Position numbers and translations under genes: made by a program | NCBI GenBank assembly: GCA_038087875.1 | Contig: CM075997.1 | Location: 8,000,001 to 8,064,000 of the forward strand | Length of the DNA stretch: 64,000 nt | Direction of reading: 5' to 3' | Source: Malacoraja senta | Taxonomy: Eukaryota | In this document: piece after piece, positions 1 through 12,612 of the stretch | Position numbering within the stretch: the stretch's first letter is position 1 | Layout of the letters: every line of letters starts with the position of its first letter | Notes under the pieces: model-generated | The model's input: only the letters and a program-made list of their open reading frames with translations | What the model was told of the DNA's origin: nothing | Database searches by the model: none

Positions 1-234
1 CCATTGCGTTGCTGAACTTACTCTCTGCCACTTGTTTCCTCTCAGTGCAGCTGCGTACTTCCTGTTTGCTGCAGCATTCACGTCACATTTCAACCTTCAC
101 GGTCGAGAACTTCCATAACCTCCCCATAATGCAGAGGGTGGGGGGGGGAATAGGGATCCAGCTGCCAGAGGGGGTCATTCAGGCTGGTGCAACCTGCCCA
201 CACCGGCCAACATGCTACAGTTACACTAGCCCTA

Positions 235-515
235 CCCGCAATTGGACCAAATCCCTCCAAATCTGTCCTATCTATGTACCTGTCTAACAGTTTCTCAAAT
301 GTTGGGATAGTCCCCGTCCTCAACTTCCTCCTCTGACAGTTCGTTTCATACACCCGCCACCCACATTCTGAAAAAGTTACCTCTCAGACTCCTATTAAAT
401 CTTAACCTTAAACATATGTAGTCTGGTCCTTGATTCACCTACTGTGGACAAGATTCTCAGCGCATCTACCTAATCTATTCCTCTTATGATTTTATACACC
501 TCTATAAGATCCTTG
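235..515 (-). mobile_element. Degenerate CR1 LINE 3' fragment
   Basis: Reverse strand resembles the ORF2 end of the other CR1 copies here (FEKLLDRYIDR). Confidence 0.65.
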
Positions 516-769
516 CAGGAAAGTTACCCTGAGGTGGGGGTCGGGATCGGGGGTAGGAGTGGGGGTCAGGGCTGGGGAGAGGGGTGCTGATCGGGGGAGG
601 GGTGGAGCCCAGCTCTGGTAGTGCTGCAGGCAGCGGCTGTGTGACTGTGCTGAGGCAGGTGGAAAATGAGGCTTTGGGCCTGGAATGGAGGAGTTGAGAA
701 GGTCGGGCTGTGGGGCGTGTATATCAGCAGGGGTGGTGGTGACTGTACAGCGAGGTAAATGGGTGATGG

Positions 770-1490
770 AATGACTCGAGTCCGTAGAAGACAGAGTGGT
801 TGGAGAGAGGGAATACGGAAAGGGGTGGTGTTGGGATTACATTGAAGATTGTGGAAATGCCCATGGATGATGTGTTGGATGTGGAGGCTCGTAGGGTGAA
901 AGTTGTGGACCCAGGGAACTATATTCTGGTGTTTGGGTGGAGTGGGGGAGTGAGACAGACTTACGGGATACAGAGGAGGTACGGTGAGATGACAACCAGG
1001 GGTTAACCACATTTACAAAAGAAAGAGGACATCTCAGATGTCTTCTTTCTACAGGAACCAATTCCTGCACAACTTTCACCTGCAACTGGAGGAGATGTAA
1101 CCAACCCCTGCCCCTATACCTCCTCCCTCACCTCCATCCATGGACCCCAGCAGTCAGTCATGTGAGACAGAGGTTCAAGTGCACCTCCTCTAACTTCAGG
1201 TATTTGGTGTTCGTGATCTGGCCTTGTTAGCATGGGCAAGACCAAATGTAAACTCGGCTACTGGTTTGCTGAACACATGCGCTCGGTCCAGCAAGGCATA
1301 CAGGATCTCCTGATTGCTAACGATTTAAACACACCTTCCCATTCCCGCACTGACCTTCCTGTCCTGGGTCTCCTCCATTGCCAGAGTGAGGCCACATGTA
1401 CACTGGAGGAGCAGCACCTCATATTTTGTTTGAGTAGCTAACAACCCTGCGGGTTGAACGTTGAATGCTCCAGTTTCAAGCAATACCTTC
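770..1490. mobile_element. Penelope-like relic with internal inversion
   Basis: About 770-1050 on minus encodes FHPTSLHIQHII (cf. FHPTSRHVQQII at 2559-2753); about 1065-1490 on plus encodes a GIY-YIG remnant (GKTKCKLG...LEEQHLIF). Confidence 0.75.
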
Positions 1491-1689
1491 TTCACTTACC
1501 CCTGCCTTCCCCCACTCTAGTGTGCACAGATCTCTCACACCATTACCATCATCCAGGTTGTTTCCCCTCTGTACACTCAACTTTCATCCCTGCAACCACC
1601 CACCACCCCCCCCCCTTTCATTCTACCCTTGTCCCCTTTGCCCTGTCCATTTCCACCTATATCACCCACCTCCACCCTCCATCTATTTA

Positions 1690-3092
1690 CAGTGGAGCAG
1701 GGTTAGAGATGCTCCTTACAGCGCCAGAGACCCGGGTTTGATCCTGTTCGCTAGTGCTGTCTGTACGCAAGTTTGGACAATCGTCCTATGAACACGGTGG
1801 TTTTCTTTGGGTGCTCCAGTTTCCACCCATTCCAAAGACTTGTTTGTAGGCTAATTGGCTTTGGGAAAATTGTAAATTGTCCCTCGTGTCTGTAGATAGC
1901 ATTAATGTGCAGGGTAGACAAAAATGCTTGACAAACTCAGCAGGTGCAGCAGCATCTACGGAGCGAAGGAAATAGGCAACGATTCGGGCCAAAACTCTTC
2001 TTCAGACTGATGTGAGGGTGGGGGGAGGGTGGAAAGAGGAAAGGAAGAGGAGGAGCCAGAGGGCTGAGGGAGAGCTGAGAAGGGGAGGAGACAGTGATGA
2101 CTACCTGAAATTAGAGAAGTCAATGTTCATACCGTTGGGATACAAACTACCCAATCGAAACATGAGGTGCTGCTCCTCCGATTTCCGGTGGGCCTCACTC
2201 TGGCCATGGAGGAGGCCCAGGACAGAAAGGTTAGGTTCGGAATGGGAGGGGGAGTTGAAGTGCAGAGCCACCGGGAGATCAGGTTGGTTATTGCGAACCG
2301 AGCGGAGGTGTTCGACGAAGCGATCGCCAAGCCTACGCTTGGTCTCACCGATGTAGATCAGCTGACATCTAGAGCAGAGGATGCAATAGATGAGGTGGGA
2401 GGAGGTGCAGGTGAACCCCTGTCGCATCTGGAATGACTGCTTGGGTCCTTGAATGGAGTCAAGGGGGGAGGTAGAGCGACAAGTGTAGCATTTCTTGCGG
2501 TTGCAAGGGAAAGTGCCTGGAGATGGTTCGGGTGGGAAGGAACGAATTGACCAGGGAGTTACGGAGGGAGCGGTCTCTGCGGAAAGCAGACGGGAGGAGA
2601 TGGGAAGTGGCAAGTGGTGGGGTCACTTTGGAGATGGTGAAAATGACGGAGGATTATTTGTTGTACGTGACGGCTGGTAGGGTGGAAGGTGAGGACAAGG
2701 GGGACTCTGCCCTTGTTACGAGTGGGGAGGATGGGGAGAGAGAGCAGTGTCATAGGGTATCGAAGAAACCCTGGTCAGAGCCTCATCTATGGTAGGAGAA
2801 GGGAATCCCGTTCCCTGAAGAAAGAGGACATCTCCGATGCCCTGGTGTGGAACACCTCATCCTGGGTGCAGATGCGGCGTAGACAGAGGAATTGGGAGTA
2901 GAGGATGGAGTCCTTACAGGAAGCAGGGTGGGAAGAAGTGTAGTCCGGTTAGCCATGGGTTAATGTGCAGGGGTTGGCTTCTGTAAATTGCCCTTGGTAT
3001 GTAGGATAGAACTAATGGAAAAAGTGATCATTGGTCGGTGCGGACTCAATGGGCCGAAAGGCCTGTTGCCGCATTGTACCTCTAAACCAAAT
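1690..3092 (+). mobile_element. HE1/V-SINE-like tRNA-derived SINE split by a Penelope insertion
   Basis: tRNA-like head (gtggagcagggttagag...gggtttgatcct), central ggtgctccagtttccaccc motif; tail gggccgaaaggcctgtt...tctaaac resumes after 2972. Confidence 0.75.
1915..2959 (-). mobile_element. 5'-truncated Penelope-like element with open GIY-YIG endonuclease domain
   Basis: ORF 2101-2613 has CNRKKCYTC, LIYCILC...IYIGETKRRL...EH and GMN; terminal repeat at 1915-2010; 13-bp TSD ttaatgtgcaggg at 1902-1914 and 2960-2972. Confidence 0.9.
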
Positions 3093-3605
3093 TCACTCCT
3101 CTTAGCTCCTTCTCTGACACCCTTTTGTCTCCTTTGCACCTCTAGCCTTTGTCACTTACTCCACCCATCTGCCAATCACCCTCCTCATCTATCACCTGCC
3201 AGACATTGCCCCACCGCTACCTCTCTATTCCAGCTTTCTCCTCCAACGACATCAATCTGAAAAAGGTCCCAATCCGAAACGTCATTTGTCCATCCCCTCC
3301 ACAGATGCTGCCTGAGCCATTGATTTTCTCCAGCACTTTGTGCATTGCTCAAGGTTCCAGTGTCTGCAATCTCCTGTATGGGAGGCTAAACAGTTGGAGT
3401 CTCTCCTGTTGGAAGTGTGTCATTGCGAGTACTAGCCCTACCGCCTCAATCATTGTGCTCTCCCAATGAATAAATCTACCAGATTGGCTGTGGTCTATCT
3501 TTCGTCTCAATATTCTCATTTTGCACACGCAACTTTTACACCTCCATAGCCAAATCTGCCAGTGGGAACTGGAGAGCTGAAGGTGAGACAAAACTGCAGA
3601 CTCAC

Positions 3606-3698
3606 CCGTAGCTCCATGACATCCACAAACGAATGGTAGAAATTGCTCACGTTCTTCAGAACTTCCGACTTGTCCTTCTGGAGGCTGCTGAGCTGGCT
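3606..3698 (-). CDS. NCKAP1L: NCKAP1L coding exon 3 (not in the ORF track frame)
   Basis: ttctctgttgctag| 93 nt encoding SQLSSLQKDKSEVLKNVSNFYHSFVDVMELR |gtgagt; matches the family motif YYQSFVDVMEFR; phase 0 at both ends. Exon 4 not found in the window. Confidence 0.92.
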
Positions 3699-4054
3699 CT
3701 AGCAACAGAGAACGCATTCAATAGACTCACAGAATCACGGTAATACTGCACAGAAACAGGCCCTTTGGCCCAACATGAATATGCCAGCCATTAAGCACCC
3801 ATGTGGAGGAACTAATCAGGCCAGGCGGGATCTGTGGAGGGAGATGGACAAACAATGTGTTGGGTCAGGATCCCTCTCCACATTTATTACATTTGCACAG
3901 TACACCACAGGAAACACTAGTGCCTGTGCCGAATGCAAGTCGAAGATAGAGACAAAAAGCTGGAGTAACTGAGCGGGTCAGGCAGAAAAGAAGAAGGGTC
4001 TCGACCTGAAACATCACCTATTCCTTTTCTCCAGAGATGCTGCCTGATGCAGCA

Positions 4055-4350
4055 TAGCAGTGGTGCAGTGGTAGAGTTGCTGCCCTATAGCCCCCGGGTT
4101 TGATCCTGACAACGGGTGCTATCCGTACGGAGTTTGTACATTCTCCCCGTGACCTGCGTGGCTTTTCTCCGGGATCTCCGGTTTCCTCCCACATACCAAA
4201 GACGTACTGATTTATAGGCTAATTGGCTTGGTATAATTATAAATTGCCCCTTGTGTGTGTAGGATAGTGTTCGTGTGCAGGGATCGCTGGTCGGCAGGGA
4301 CTCGGTGGGCCGAAGGCCTGTTTCCGCGCTGTATCTCTAAATTAAACTAA
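4055..4350 (+). mobile_element. HE1/V-SINE-like SINE, near full length
   Basis: A/B-box-like head, ctccggtttcctcccaca core, tail ending ctaaattaaactaaa. Confidence 0.8.
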
Positions 4351-4352
4351 AC

Positions 4353-4575
4353 TCCTCACCCCCCTCAGCTCAGCTACCCCTCACCCCCCTCAGCTCAGCT
4401 ACCCCTCACTCCCTCCCTGCCCAGTGACCCCTCACCCCCGCTTCAGCCCAGTGACCCCTCACCCTCCCTCAGTCAGTGATCCCTCAGCCCAGATGCCGCT
4501 CATCCCCCCTCTCTACTCAGTGACCTCTCACTCTCCTCCCAGCCCTGTGACGCCTCTCTGCCCTTCCCTCCCACA
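4353..4575. repeat. C-rich degenerate tandem repeat
   Basis: Two 25-bp cctcacccccctcagctcagctacc units followed by cagtgacccctca-like units. Confidence 0.7.
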
Positions 4576-4699
4576 CCTCCAAATCATGCAGTTTGGTGGG
4601 TTAGACATTGGGGCAAGGACAAGGCAATGTCGTTAGACTCAGGAAGGTGGATTGGGAACAGTTGTTATTGGGTAAGTCCACAGATGACCTGCTGGAGAG

Positions 4700-4892
4700 A
4701 CTGCAGATGCCGGTTTACACCAAAGATAGACACAAAATGCTTAGTTGCTCAGCGGGACTGGCAGCATCTCTGGAGAGAAGGAACGGGTAACATTTCGGGT
4801 CTGAAGAAGGGTCTCGAGCCGAAACGTCACCCATTCCTTTTCGACAGAGATGCTGCTTGTCCCGCTAAGTTACTCCGGCATTTTGTGTCTAT
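4700..4892. mobile_element. Inverted pair of Penelope terminal repeats containing a hammerhead-like motif
   Basis: Left arm atagacacaaaatgc...tttcgg is the imperfect reverse complement of right arm ccgaaac...gcattttgtgtctat; CTGAAGA at 4801. Confidence 0.8.
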
Positions 4893-4894
4893 TT

Positions 4895-6125
4895 ATGATG
4901 ACATGTGGGAGTTGTTCAAAGACCAGCTGATCATAGTCCAGTATCAGCATGTTCCAGTAATGAAGAAGGAAAGGCACAGCAAGGTAAGGCAACTGTGGGT
5001 GACCAAGGAGATTGTAAACTTGGTCAGGAAGAAAAAGGAGGCATATGTCAGATTAATGAAGGTGGCATCAGATGTCTTCTGAAGAATATAACGCGAGTAG
5101 GAAAGAATCACGTGGATGATAAGAAGCGCCGAAGGGGGACATGAAATGTCATTGGTGAGTTGGATTAAGGCAAATCCCAATGCTTTTTATACAGACCTTA
5201 AATACAAGAGGGTGACCAGGAAGAAGGCAGGACTGTTCAAGGATAATGAGGGTATCTCTGCTTGGAGTCAGAGGATGTAGGTGAGGAACTAAATGAGTAT
5301 TTTGCTAAATGAGTACTTTGCAAATTTATTCACCGAGGAGAAGTATTTGGCAGACAATGAGATCAGTGTGGACAATGTCAGAGGATGAAGGGAGATTTGA
5401 TAGAAGTTTATAAAATTGTGTGGCACAGGTAGGGTAGACAGTCAGAACCTTTTACCCAGGGTGGGAATGTCCAACACTAGAAGGACAAAGTTTAAAGGAG
5501 ACGTGCAGATTTTTATACGCAGATAGAAGTGTGGGGTGCTGGAACACTTTGTCAGAGGTGGTGGTGGAGGCAGATATCATAGTGGTCTTTAAGAGGCCTT
5601 TAGATAGGCACATGGTCAACTGGGCTAGTATTCGTTGGAATTTAGAAGGAAGAGACGGGAGCTTATAGAAACAGAAAATTCTTAGAGGATTGGACAGGGC
5701 AGATGCAGGAAAAATGTTCCCGATGTTGGGGGAGTCCAGAACTAGAGGTCACAGTTTAAGAATAAGGGGTAGGCCATTTAAGACTGAGATGAGGAAAAAC
5801 TTTTCCACCCAGAGAGTTGTGAATCTGTGGAATTCACTGCCACAGAAGGCAGTGGAGGCCAATTCACTGGATATTTTCAAGAGGGAGTTAGATTTAGCTC
5901 TTAGGGCTAAGGGAATCAAGGGATGTGGGGAAAAGCCGGAACAGGGTACTGATTTTGGATGATCAGCCATGATCATATTGTAATGCTTGAAGGGCCAAAT
6001 GGCCTACTCCTGCACCAATTTTTTATTTCTATGTTTATGAAATAGAAGGAAATGGATTATGTTGAACTTGGCATCATGTTCGGCACAAATCCTGTGATGC
6101 ACTGTTCCATGTTCTAAGTTCTATA
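4895..6125 (+). mobile_element. Cluster of CR1 LINE fragments
   Basis: Old ORF2 remnant (MWELFKDQL...WVTKEI) plus a younger 3' end at ~5617-6040 (TRGHSLRIRG...QRVVNLWNSLP) with ttctatg tail. Confidence 0.8.
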
Positions 6126-6204
6126 TGAATGCCTGCAGAGTTTCAGTGTTAATATAAAACAAACTGTTATAGTTTAGATTACAGCGCTTAGAGATACATG
6201 AGTG

Positions 6205-6458
6205 GTGCGGAAACAGGCCCTTCAGCCCAAGTAGTCCACACCGCACATTAACACTATCTTACATACTAGGGAAAATGTACAATTATACAAACCTGTACAT
6301 CTTTAGAGTGTGGGAGGAAACCGAAGATGTCGGAGAAAACCCACGCAGTCACGGGGAGAACATACAAATTCCGTAAAGACAAGCACCCGTAGTCAGGATC
6401 AAACCCGGGTCTCTGGCGCTGTAATCGTTGTAAGGCAGCAACTCTAACGCTGTGCCAC
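6205..6458 (-). mobile_element. HE1/V-SINE-like SINE
   Basis: Reverse complement of the SINE head and core (gtgggaggaaaccgaagat, caggatcaaacccgggtctctggcgctgtaa). Confidence 0.8.
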
Positions 6459-6528
6459 TGTTGTCGCAAGGTTTCAAACTGACAGACATTTCCATGACCA
6501 TATGTTTCACTGTAACTGAGCTACTTAC

Positions 6529-6639
6529 AATGTTGGCCCGCAGATCAATTGCTGGAAATTTCCTGGTGATGCATTTGATAGCAGGCTCCATGTGTTTCTC
6601 TGTTAGGTATGGTAGTTTTGTCTTGGGATCTGAACATGT
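6529..6639 (-). CDS. NCKAP1L: NCKAP1L coding exon 2
   Basis: Pyrimidine tract ending tcctcctacag|, 111 nt encoding [37 protein letters not shown], then |gtaagt. TCSDPK favours NCKAP1L over NCKAP1 (ACGDPK). Confidence 0.93.
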
Positions 6640-6734
6640 CTGTAGGAGGAAGACACAAAAGATCAATATTACAAATCAAGGCAAACCTCTGGTGTTGTGC
6701 AGTGAAACAATTAGGGGTTTGCACCATAACCAAG

Positions 6735-7245
6735 GGCTGCACGGTGGCACAGCGGTAGAGTTGCTGCCTTACAGCGCTTGCAGCGCCGGAGATCCAGGTT
6801 CGATCCCGACTAAGGGTGCTGTCTGTATGGAGTTTGTAGGTTATCCCCGTGACCGCGTGGGGTTTCGATGGCGCACTCCAAAGACATACATGTATGTAGG
6901 TCAATTGACATGGTGTATGTATAAATTGTCCGTAGTGTGTGTAGGATTGTGTTAATGTGATCGGCGCGGACTCGGTGGGCTGATGGGCCTGTTACCCTGC
7001 TGTATCTCTAAACTAACCTAAACATCAGACGGACAGAGCACCTGGCACAGCAGCACGGTGGTGCAGTGGTAGAGTTGTTGCTACAGCGCCAAAGGTCTGG
7101 GTTCGATCTACGGGTGTCTGTACGGAGTTTGTATGTTCTCCGTGAGACCATGTGGGTTTTCACTGGGTGTGCCTTTGTTTCCTCCCACATTCCAAGGCCG
7201 TGTGGGTTTTTAGTTTGATTTTCTGTATGTGCATTATTAGTGTGC
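6735..7245 (+). mobile_element. Two tandem HE1/V-SINE-like SINEs
   Basis: Heads cacggtggcacagcggtagagttgctgcc at ~6740 and cacggtggtgcagtggtagag at ~7054. Confidence 0.8.
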
Positions 7246-7249
7246 AGAG

Positions 7250-7592
7250 GTTAAAAAATAAGGGGCAGGCCATTTGGGAATGGGATGAGGAAAAATGTCT
7301 TCACCCAGAGAGTTGTGAATCTGTGGAATTCTCTGCCGCAGAAAGCAGTGGATGTATTCAAGAGAGAGTTAGATTTAGATTTTAGGGCAAAATGAATCAA
7401 GGCATACAGGGAGAAAGCAGGAGCGGGGTTATGATTTTGGATGATCAGCTATTTACATATTAACTGGCTATGCTGGCTTGAGGGGCCGAATGGCCAACTC
7501 CTGCACCTATTTTCTGTTTCTATTTTCTATGAATGGCGGTGCTGTGTCGAAGGGCCAAATAGCCTATTCTTGCACCTATTTTCTATGTTTCT
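7250..7592 (+). mobile_element. CR1 3' end with duplicated terminal segment
   Basis: CR1 3' UTR; the ggc..gctg..gggcc.aat.gcc..gcacctattttct block occurs twice. Confidence 0.75.
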
Positions 7593-7944
7593 AAATCCCC
7601 CACTATGACAACCCTGTTAAGTTTTGGAGCTGTATGTAGCTCCTTTTATATTTGTTCTAATTCCTGTGTATTTGAGAACAAAACCCCAAATGTACCAAGA
7701 AGTTTGGTTTTAGCGTAAGTCAGAGTTTACTGTATCAGGCCACCAGCTGCACTAACATCCTGAGGCAGGATGTCAGGCAGGAGACTGCTGAGAGCAGCTT
7801 GCACTACGCCAGGAAGTAAAACTCATGAGAGCAACAAGCCTGGTGATCTGTGGCTCGGGAGCACTTCAGCTGGGTGGGGGAAGCAGAAACATCCGCCGAC
7901 CTTGCCCTAAGGCCAGGATAACTTTGCCTTTGGACTGTAGCTAT

Positions 7945-8650
7945 GAGCACACTTGCTGACACACACACGCACAGACACATTCATGCAGAGACACACACAT
8001 TCACCAACACAGACACACCCTCCAAGACATTCATGCAGAGGTGCTCGCCGCACACACACATACACTCACACACTCATTGACACACGCACAGACAGTGACA
8101 CAAAAGACACACACACACTCACTGATAGACATACATTCATACAGAGGTGCCCCCCACACCCATTTACAGAGTGGTACACACACACTCACCGACACACGTG
8201 CATGCCGAGGTGCCCCACACACACACATAAAGACACATGCACACAGTCAGCGACACACAGACACACACACACTCACTTACACACATTCCTGCAGAGGCAC
8301 CCCACACACACATACAGGGTGAAACTCACATAGACACGCAGAATCAGAGTGACACAGGGTGACACTCACGCAGAGATGCACGTACACACACACGTACACA
8401 CACAGTGACACTCACCCAGACACACACTCACAGGGAAAATCACAAAGACATACACACACAAAGCGACAGACTCACTGATTGATACACACATACAGACACA
8501 CACACACACACAGAGTAACACTCACAGATACACACATAAAATGACACTCACATAGATATACACATGCACACACATAGAATGGCACACATATATACACACA
8601 TATGAACACATGCACAGGGTCACACACATACACAGCATCACACGCACAAA
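7945..8650. repeat. CA-rich low-complexity repeat
   Basis: Interrupted (CA)n/(CAGA)n tracts throughout. Confidence 0.9.
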
Positions 8651-8702
8651 GAATGGCTTACACATGGTGTCATACAGCATGGAAACAGGCCCTTCAGCCC
8701 AA

Positions 8703-10478
8703 TGATTTGATTTGATTTGATTATACCTTTAATAATCCTTTGCAGGAAATTACAGTGCCACGACAGCTTCAAGACAGACATAACACCACACATTTCCTCA
8801 AATAGCTTCCATACTTAACAAGTTAAAATACAAGTTAAAATACAAGTTAAAATACAATTAATGAAAAAAAAAAGTGCAGTTATTTATGCGCATTATATAA
8901 CCTTATAGCAGCTGGTAAACAGGACTTCCTATGTCTCTCAGTTTTGCACATTGGTGCAATCAGTCTCTGACTGAAGATGCTGCTCTTGATCACCTTCAGG
9001 GCATGGAGTGGGTGAGTGGGGTTGGTCATTATAGAACCCAGTTTGTTGAGAGTTCTGGCCTCTGCCACCTGCTGGACCGTTCGTTGCTCAGCCCCGACCA
9101 CTGAGCCGGCCTTCCTGATCAGCTTGTCCAGCCTGTTTTTGTCCGCTATGCGGGCGCCATCTCCCCAACAGGCCACCGCAAAAAACAGAGCACTGGCCAC
9201 CACTGAATGGTAGACACTGCACAGTAGGGGTTGGCAGATGTTAAATGCCCTCAGCCTCCTTAAAAAATACAGTCAGTTTTGTCCCTTCCTGTACACCGCC
9301 TCCATATGACACTTCCAGTCCAGCTCACTGTCAAGCTGCACACCAAGGTACCTGTGGTTAGCGACCACCTCCACCTCAGTGCCCTTAATGGTGATTGGTG
9401 TTGCTTGAGTCCTCCTCCTCCCCCTCCTGAAGTCCACAACTATCTCCTTGGTTTTTGTGGTGTTAAGAAGGAGGTAATTGTGTGCACTCCACTCCACAAA
9501 GTTACTTATTATGTCTCTATACTCCTCCTCATTGCCCCCTTTAATGAGGCCGACAACAGCTGTGTCATCCGAAAATGTCTCCAAAAAGCAGCTGTTGGTA
9601 TTATATCGGAGATCCGCTGTGTAGATGGTAAAGAGGAATGGAGCCAGCACAGTTCCTTGTGGAGCCCCTGTGCTGCTCAAGATGGTGCTTGAGACATTGT
9701 TGTTCTGTAGGCGCACGTACTGTGGTCTGAGGGAAAGGTAATCCAAACACCACAGTACCAGTGATGGATCCACTTTCATCTTCTCCATCTTCTCCACTAG
9801 CAGTCGGGGCTGAATTGTGTTGAAGGCGCTTGAGAAGTAAAAAAAACGTAATCCTTACAGATGCATCAGTGGTGTCCAAATGTGTGTACACCCTCTGCAG
9901 CATGTAAATGAGGGCATCATCGACACTGATGTTAGGCTGATATGCAAACTGTAAAGGATCCATTTGATTTGACACACTAGTCCTGATGTAGGAAAGGACA
10001 AGTCTCTCAAATGTCTTCATAATATGTGAAGTGAGCGCTACTGGTCTGTAGTCATTGTGGTGAGTGGGATGGGTCTTCTTTGGGACAGGTACCAGGCAAG
10101 ATGTTTTCCACAGCCTTGGAACCTTCTGTAGACGCAAGCTCAGGTTGAACAGGTGTGTTAGAATACCACACAGCTCTGAAGAGCAGGTCTTCAGTAGCCT
10201 TGGGCTGGTGTCATCAGGCCCCACTGCTTTCCCTGGCTTCAGTCTGTCCAGCATCATCTTGACCTGAGCAGTATGAAGAGTCATAGGTGGGGCTGCTGGT
10301 GGAGTGGGAGGTGGAAAGAGGGGACTCCGTACAGGTGACATCTCAGGAGTGATGGAGATGATGGAGAGAGGGAGGGGAGGTGGAGAGGAAGCAGCAATGG
10401 TCAGCAGACCAGGTGGGGGAGGCTGGGGTGGTGTGGGGCAGTCAAATCTGTTGAAAAATCTAACCCCTTGACACTAGA
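8703..10478 (-). mobile_element. Rex1/Babar-clade LINE, 5'-truncated, frameshifted RT
   Basis: NDYRPVALTSHIMKTFERLV, DPLQFAYQ, GAPQGTVLAPFLFTIYT, FSDDTAVVG; (aatca)n tail at 8703-8721. Confidence 0.9.
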
Positions 10479-10484
10479 CAGTCC

Positions 10485-10580
10485 CAGACTGAAGAAGGGT
10501 TTCGGCCCGAAACGTTGTCTATTTCCTTCGCTCCATAGATGCTGCTGCACCCGCTGAGTTTCTCCAGCATTTTTGTGTAC
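10485..10580 (+). ncRNA. Solo Penelope terminal-repeat unit with minimal hammerhead-ribozyme-like motif
   Basis: CTGAAGA-A-GGGT(TTCG)GCCC-GAAACGTT at 10489-10516; cagtcc duplicated at 10479-10484 and 10581-10586. Confidence 0.7.
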
Positions 10581-11299
10581 CAGTCCTATACTAATTGAGG
10601 AAGTTAAAATCCCCTGCTGCAACAACCATATTAGTCCTACAGCTGCCTGTAATCGCCTGGCAATTTTGATCTTCTAATTCCCATTGACTATTTGGGCCGG
10701 TAGTAAACTCCCCACAAGGTGATCATCATTGCGTTTTTATTTCTCAGTTCCACCCATGTAGCCTTACTGAATGAACCATCCCTAATGTCATCTCTGACTA
10801 CTCCCGTGACATTCTCCTTAATAAAGCAAACCCCCTTGTATTTTACCCTCACCTCTTTCCTGTGTCACCTGTACCCTGGAACATTAAACTGAAGGTCGTG
10901 TTGCACACACTGAGTGAAACATACATAGTCTTTCACACCCACACACACACAATGACACTTACAGACACACACACACACAGAACCATACAAAGTGGAAACA
11001 GTCCCTTCCACTCTGGCCTCCACAGTTGCACAGTGGGTAGAGCTGCTACCTCATTGTGCCAGAGACCCTGGTTCGATCCGGACCAGCTCCTCAAAAAATG
11101 CAATCAAGTTAGTAAAATACGACATGACTGTCTGCAATTAACACATTTTCTTCCAAATGGGAATACATCCTTTTCTAAAGAATCCTCTGCAATACTGTCC
11201 CTACTACTAGCATGCAGATAACGCCATGCTGCCTATACCTAATTAGCCCATTTTCTAATTTTTGATAACCATTTTTGTGATCTACAATACCACAAACAG

Positions 11300-11945
11300 G
11301 GGGTGACACAATGGTGCAGCGGTAGTTACTGGCTTACAGCGCCAAAGACCCAGGGTTGATCCTCACTACAGGTTCCATTTAATAAATTCCATAAATTATC
11401 CCCAGTGTGTAGGAAAGAACTAGTGTATGGGTGATCCTTGGTTAGCGTGGACTTGGTGGGCTGAAGAGCCTGTTTCCATGCTGTATCTCTAAACTAAACT
11501 AAACTTTAGTGTCATCTGTAAATTTATTAATCATGCCTTCTACATTCTCATCCAAATTTATTGATATAAACCACAAACAGCAATGGGGCCCAGCACTGAT
11601 CCCTGAGGCACACCACTGGTCAGAGGTCTCCAATGCGAGAAACAACCTTCCACCCTCTTCTTCCTTCCATGAAGCCAATTCTCTATCCAGTCAGCTAGCT
11701 CTTCCTGGATCCCATGCAATATAACCTTACAGACAAACTCTGATTACAGGGCAGCCACGGCAGCGCAGAGGTAGAGATGCTGTCTTACAGCGCCGGAGAC
11801 TCGGGTTCGATCCCGACTACAGTGCTGTCTATACAGACTTTGTACGTTCTCCCCTAGACCGCGTGGGTAATCTCCAAGATCTTCGGTTTTCTCCCACACT
11901 CCAAAGACGTACAGGTATGTAGGTTAATTGGATTGCTGTATGTGT
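11300..11945 (+). mobile_element. Two HE1/V-SINE-like copies (~11300-11505, ~11750-11945) around a minus-strand CR1 relic
   Basis: SINE heads and ctaaactaaa tail; 11508-11730 resembles the CR1 RT region (GVPQG-like) on minus. Confidence 0.7.
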
Positions 11946-12027
11946 GAAAGGGGCGAGCTTTGGGTACCATGTTATGGCAAAAGATGTTGTCAAGCTGGAA
12001 AGAGAGCAGAGAAGATTTATGAGGATG

Positions 12028-12612
12028 GTACACAAAAATGCTGGAGAAACTGAGCGGGTGCAGCAGCATCTATGGAGCGAAGGAAATTGGCAATGTTTCG
12101 GGCCGAAACCCTTCTTCAGACTGATGGGGGGTGGGGAGAATAAAGGAAAAAGGCGGAGGAGGAGCCCAAGGGCTGAGGGATGGGAGGAGACAGCCCGAGG
12201 TCTGAGGAAGGGGAGGAGACAGCAAGGGCTAACAGAATTGGGAGAATTCAATGTTCATGCCCCCAGGATGCAGACTCCCCAAGCGGAATATGAGGTGCTG
12301 TTCCTCCAATTTCCAGTGTTGCTCGCTCTGGCCATGGAGGAGACCCAGGACAGAGAGGTCGGATACGGAATGGGAGGGGGAGTTGAAGTGCTGAGCCACC
12401 GGGAGGTCAGGTTGCTAATTGCGGACCGCTGAATGGGAGTCTGCATCCTGGGGGTATGAACATTGAATTCTCCCAATTCTGTTAGCCCTTGCTGTCTCCT
12501 CCCCTTCCTCAGCCCTCGGGCTGTCTCCTCCCATCCCTCAGCCCTCGGGCTCCTGAGTTTCTCCAGCATTTTTGTGTACCTTCGATTTTCCAGCATCTGC
12601 AGTTCCTTCTGA
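12028..12612. mobile_element. Inverted-repeat Penelope derivative inserted in a CR1
   Basis: GIY-YIG end plus terminal repeat on minus (12028-12430), inverted copy on plus (~12435-12612); 16-bp TSD aagatttatgaggatg at 12012-12027 and 12613-12628. Confidence 0.88.

Noticed and set aside
6735..6815. tRNA gene candidates (A/B-box-like sequences)
   Set aside because: They are SINE heads continuing into V-domain-like cores, with no complete cloverleaf.
7953..8333. His/Thr-rich and Cys/Val-rich ORFs
   Set aside because: Translations of CA/TG low-complexity sequence.
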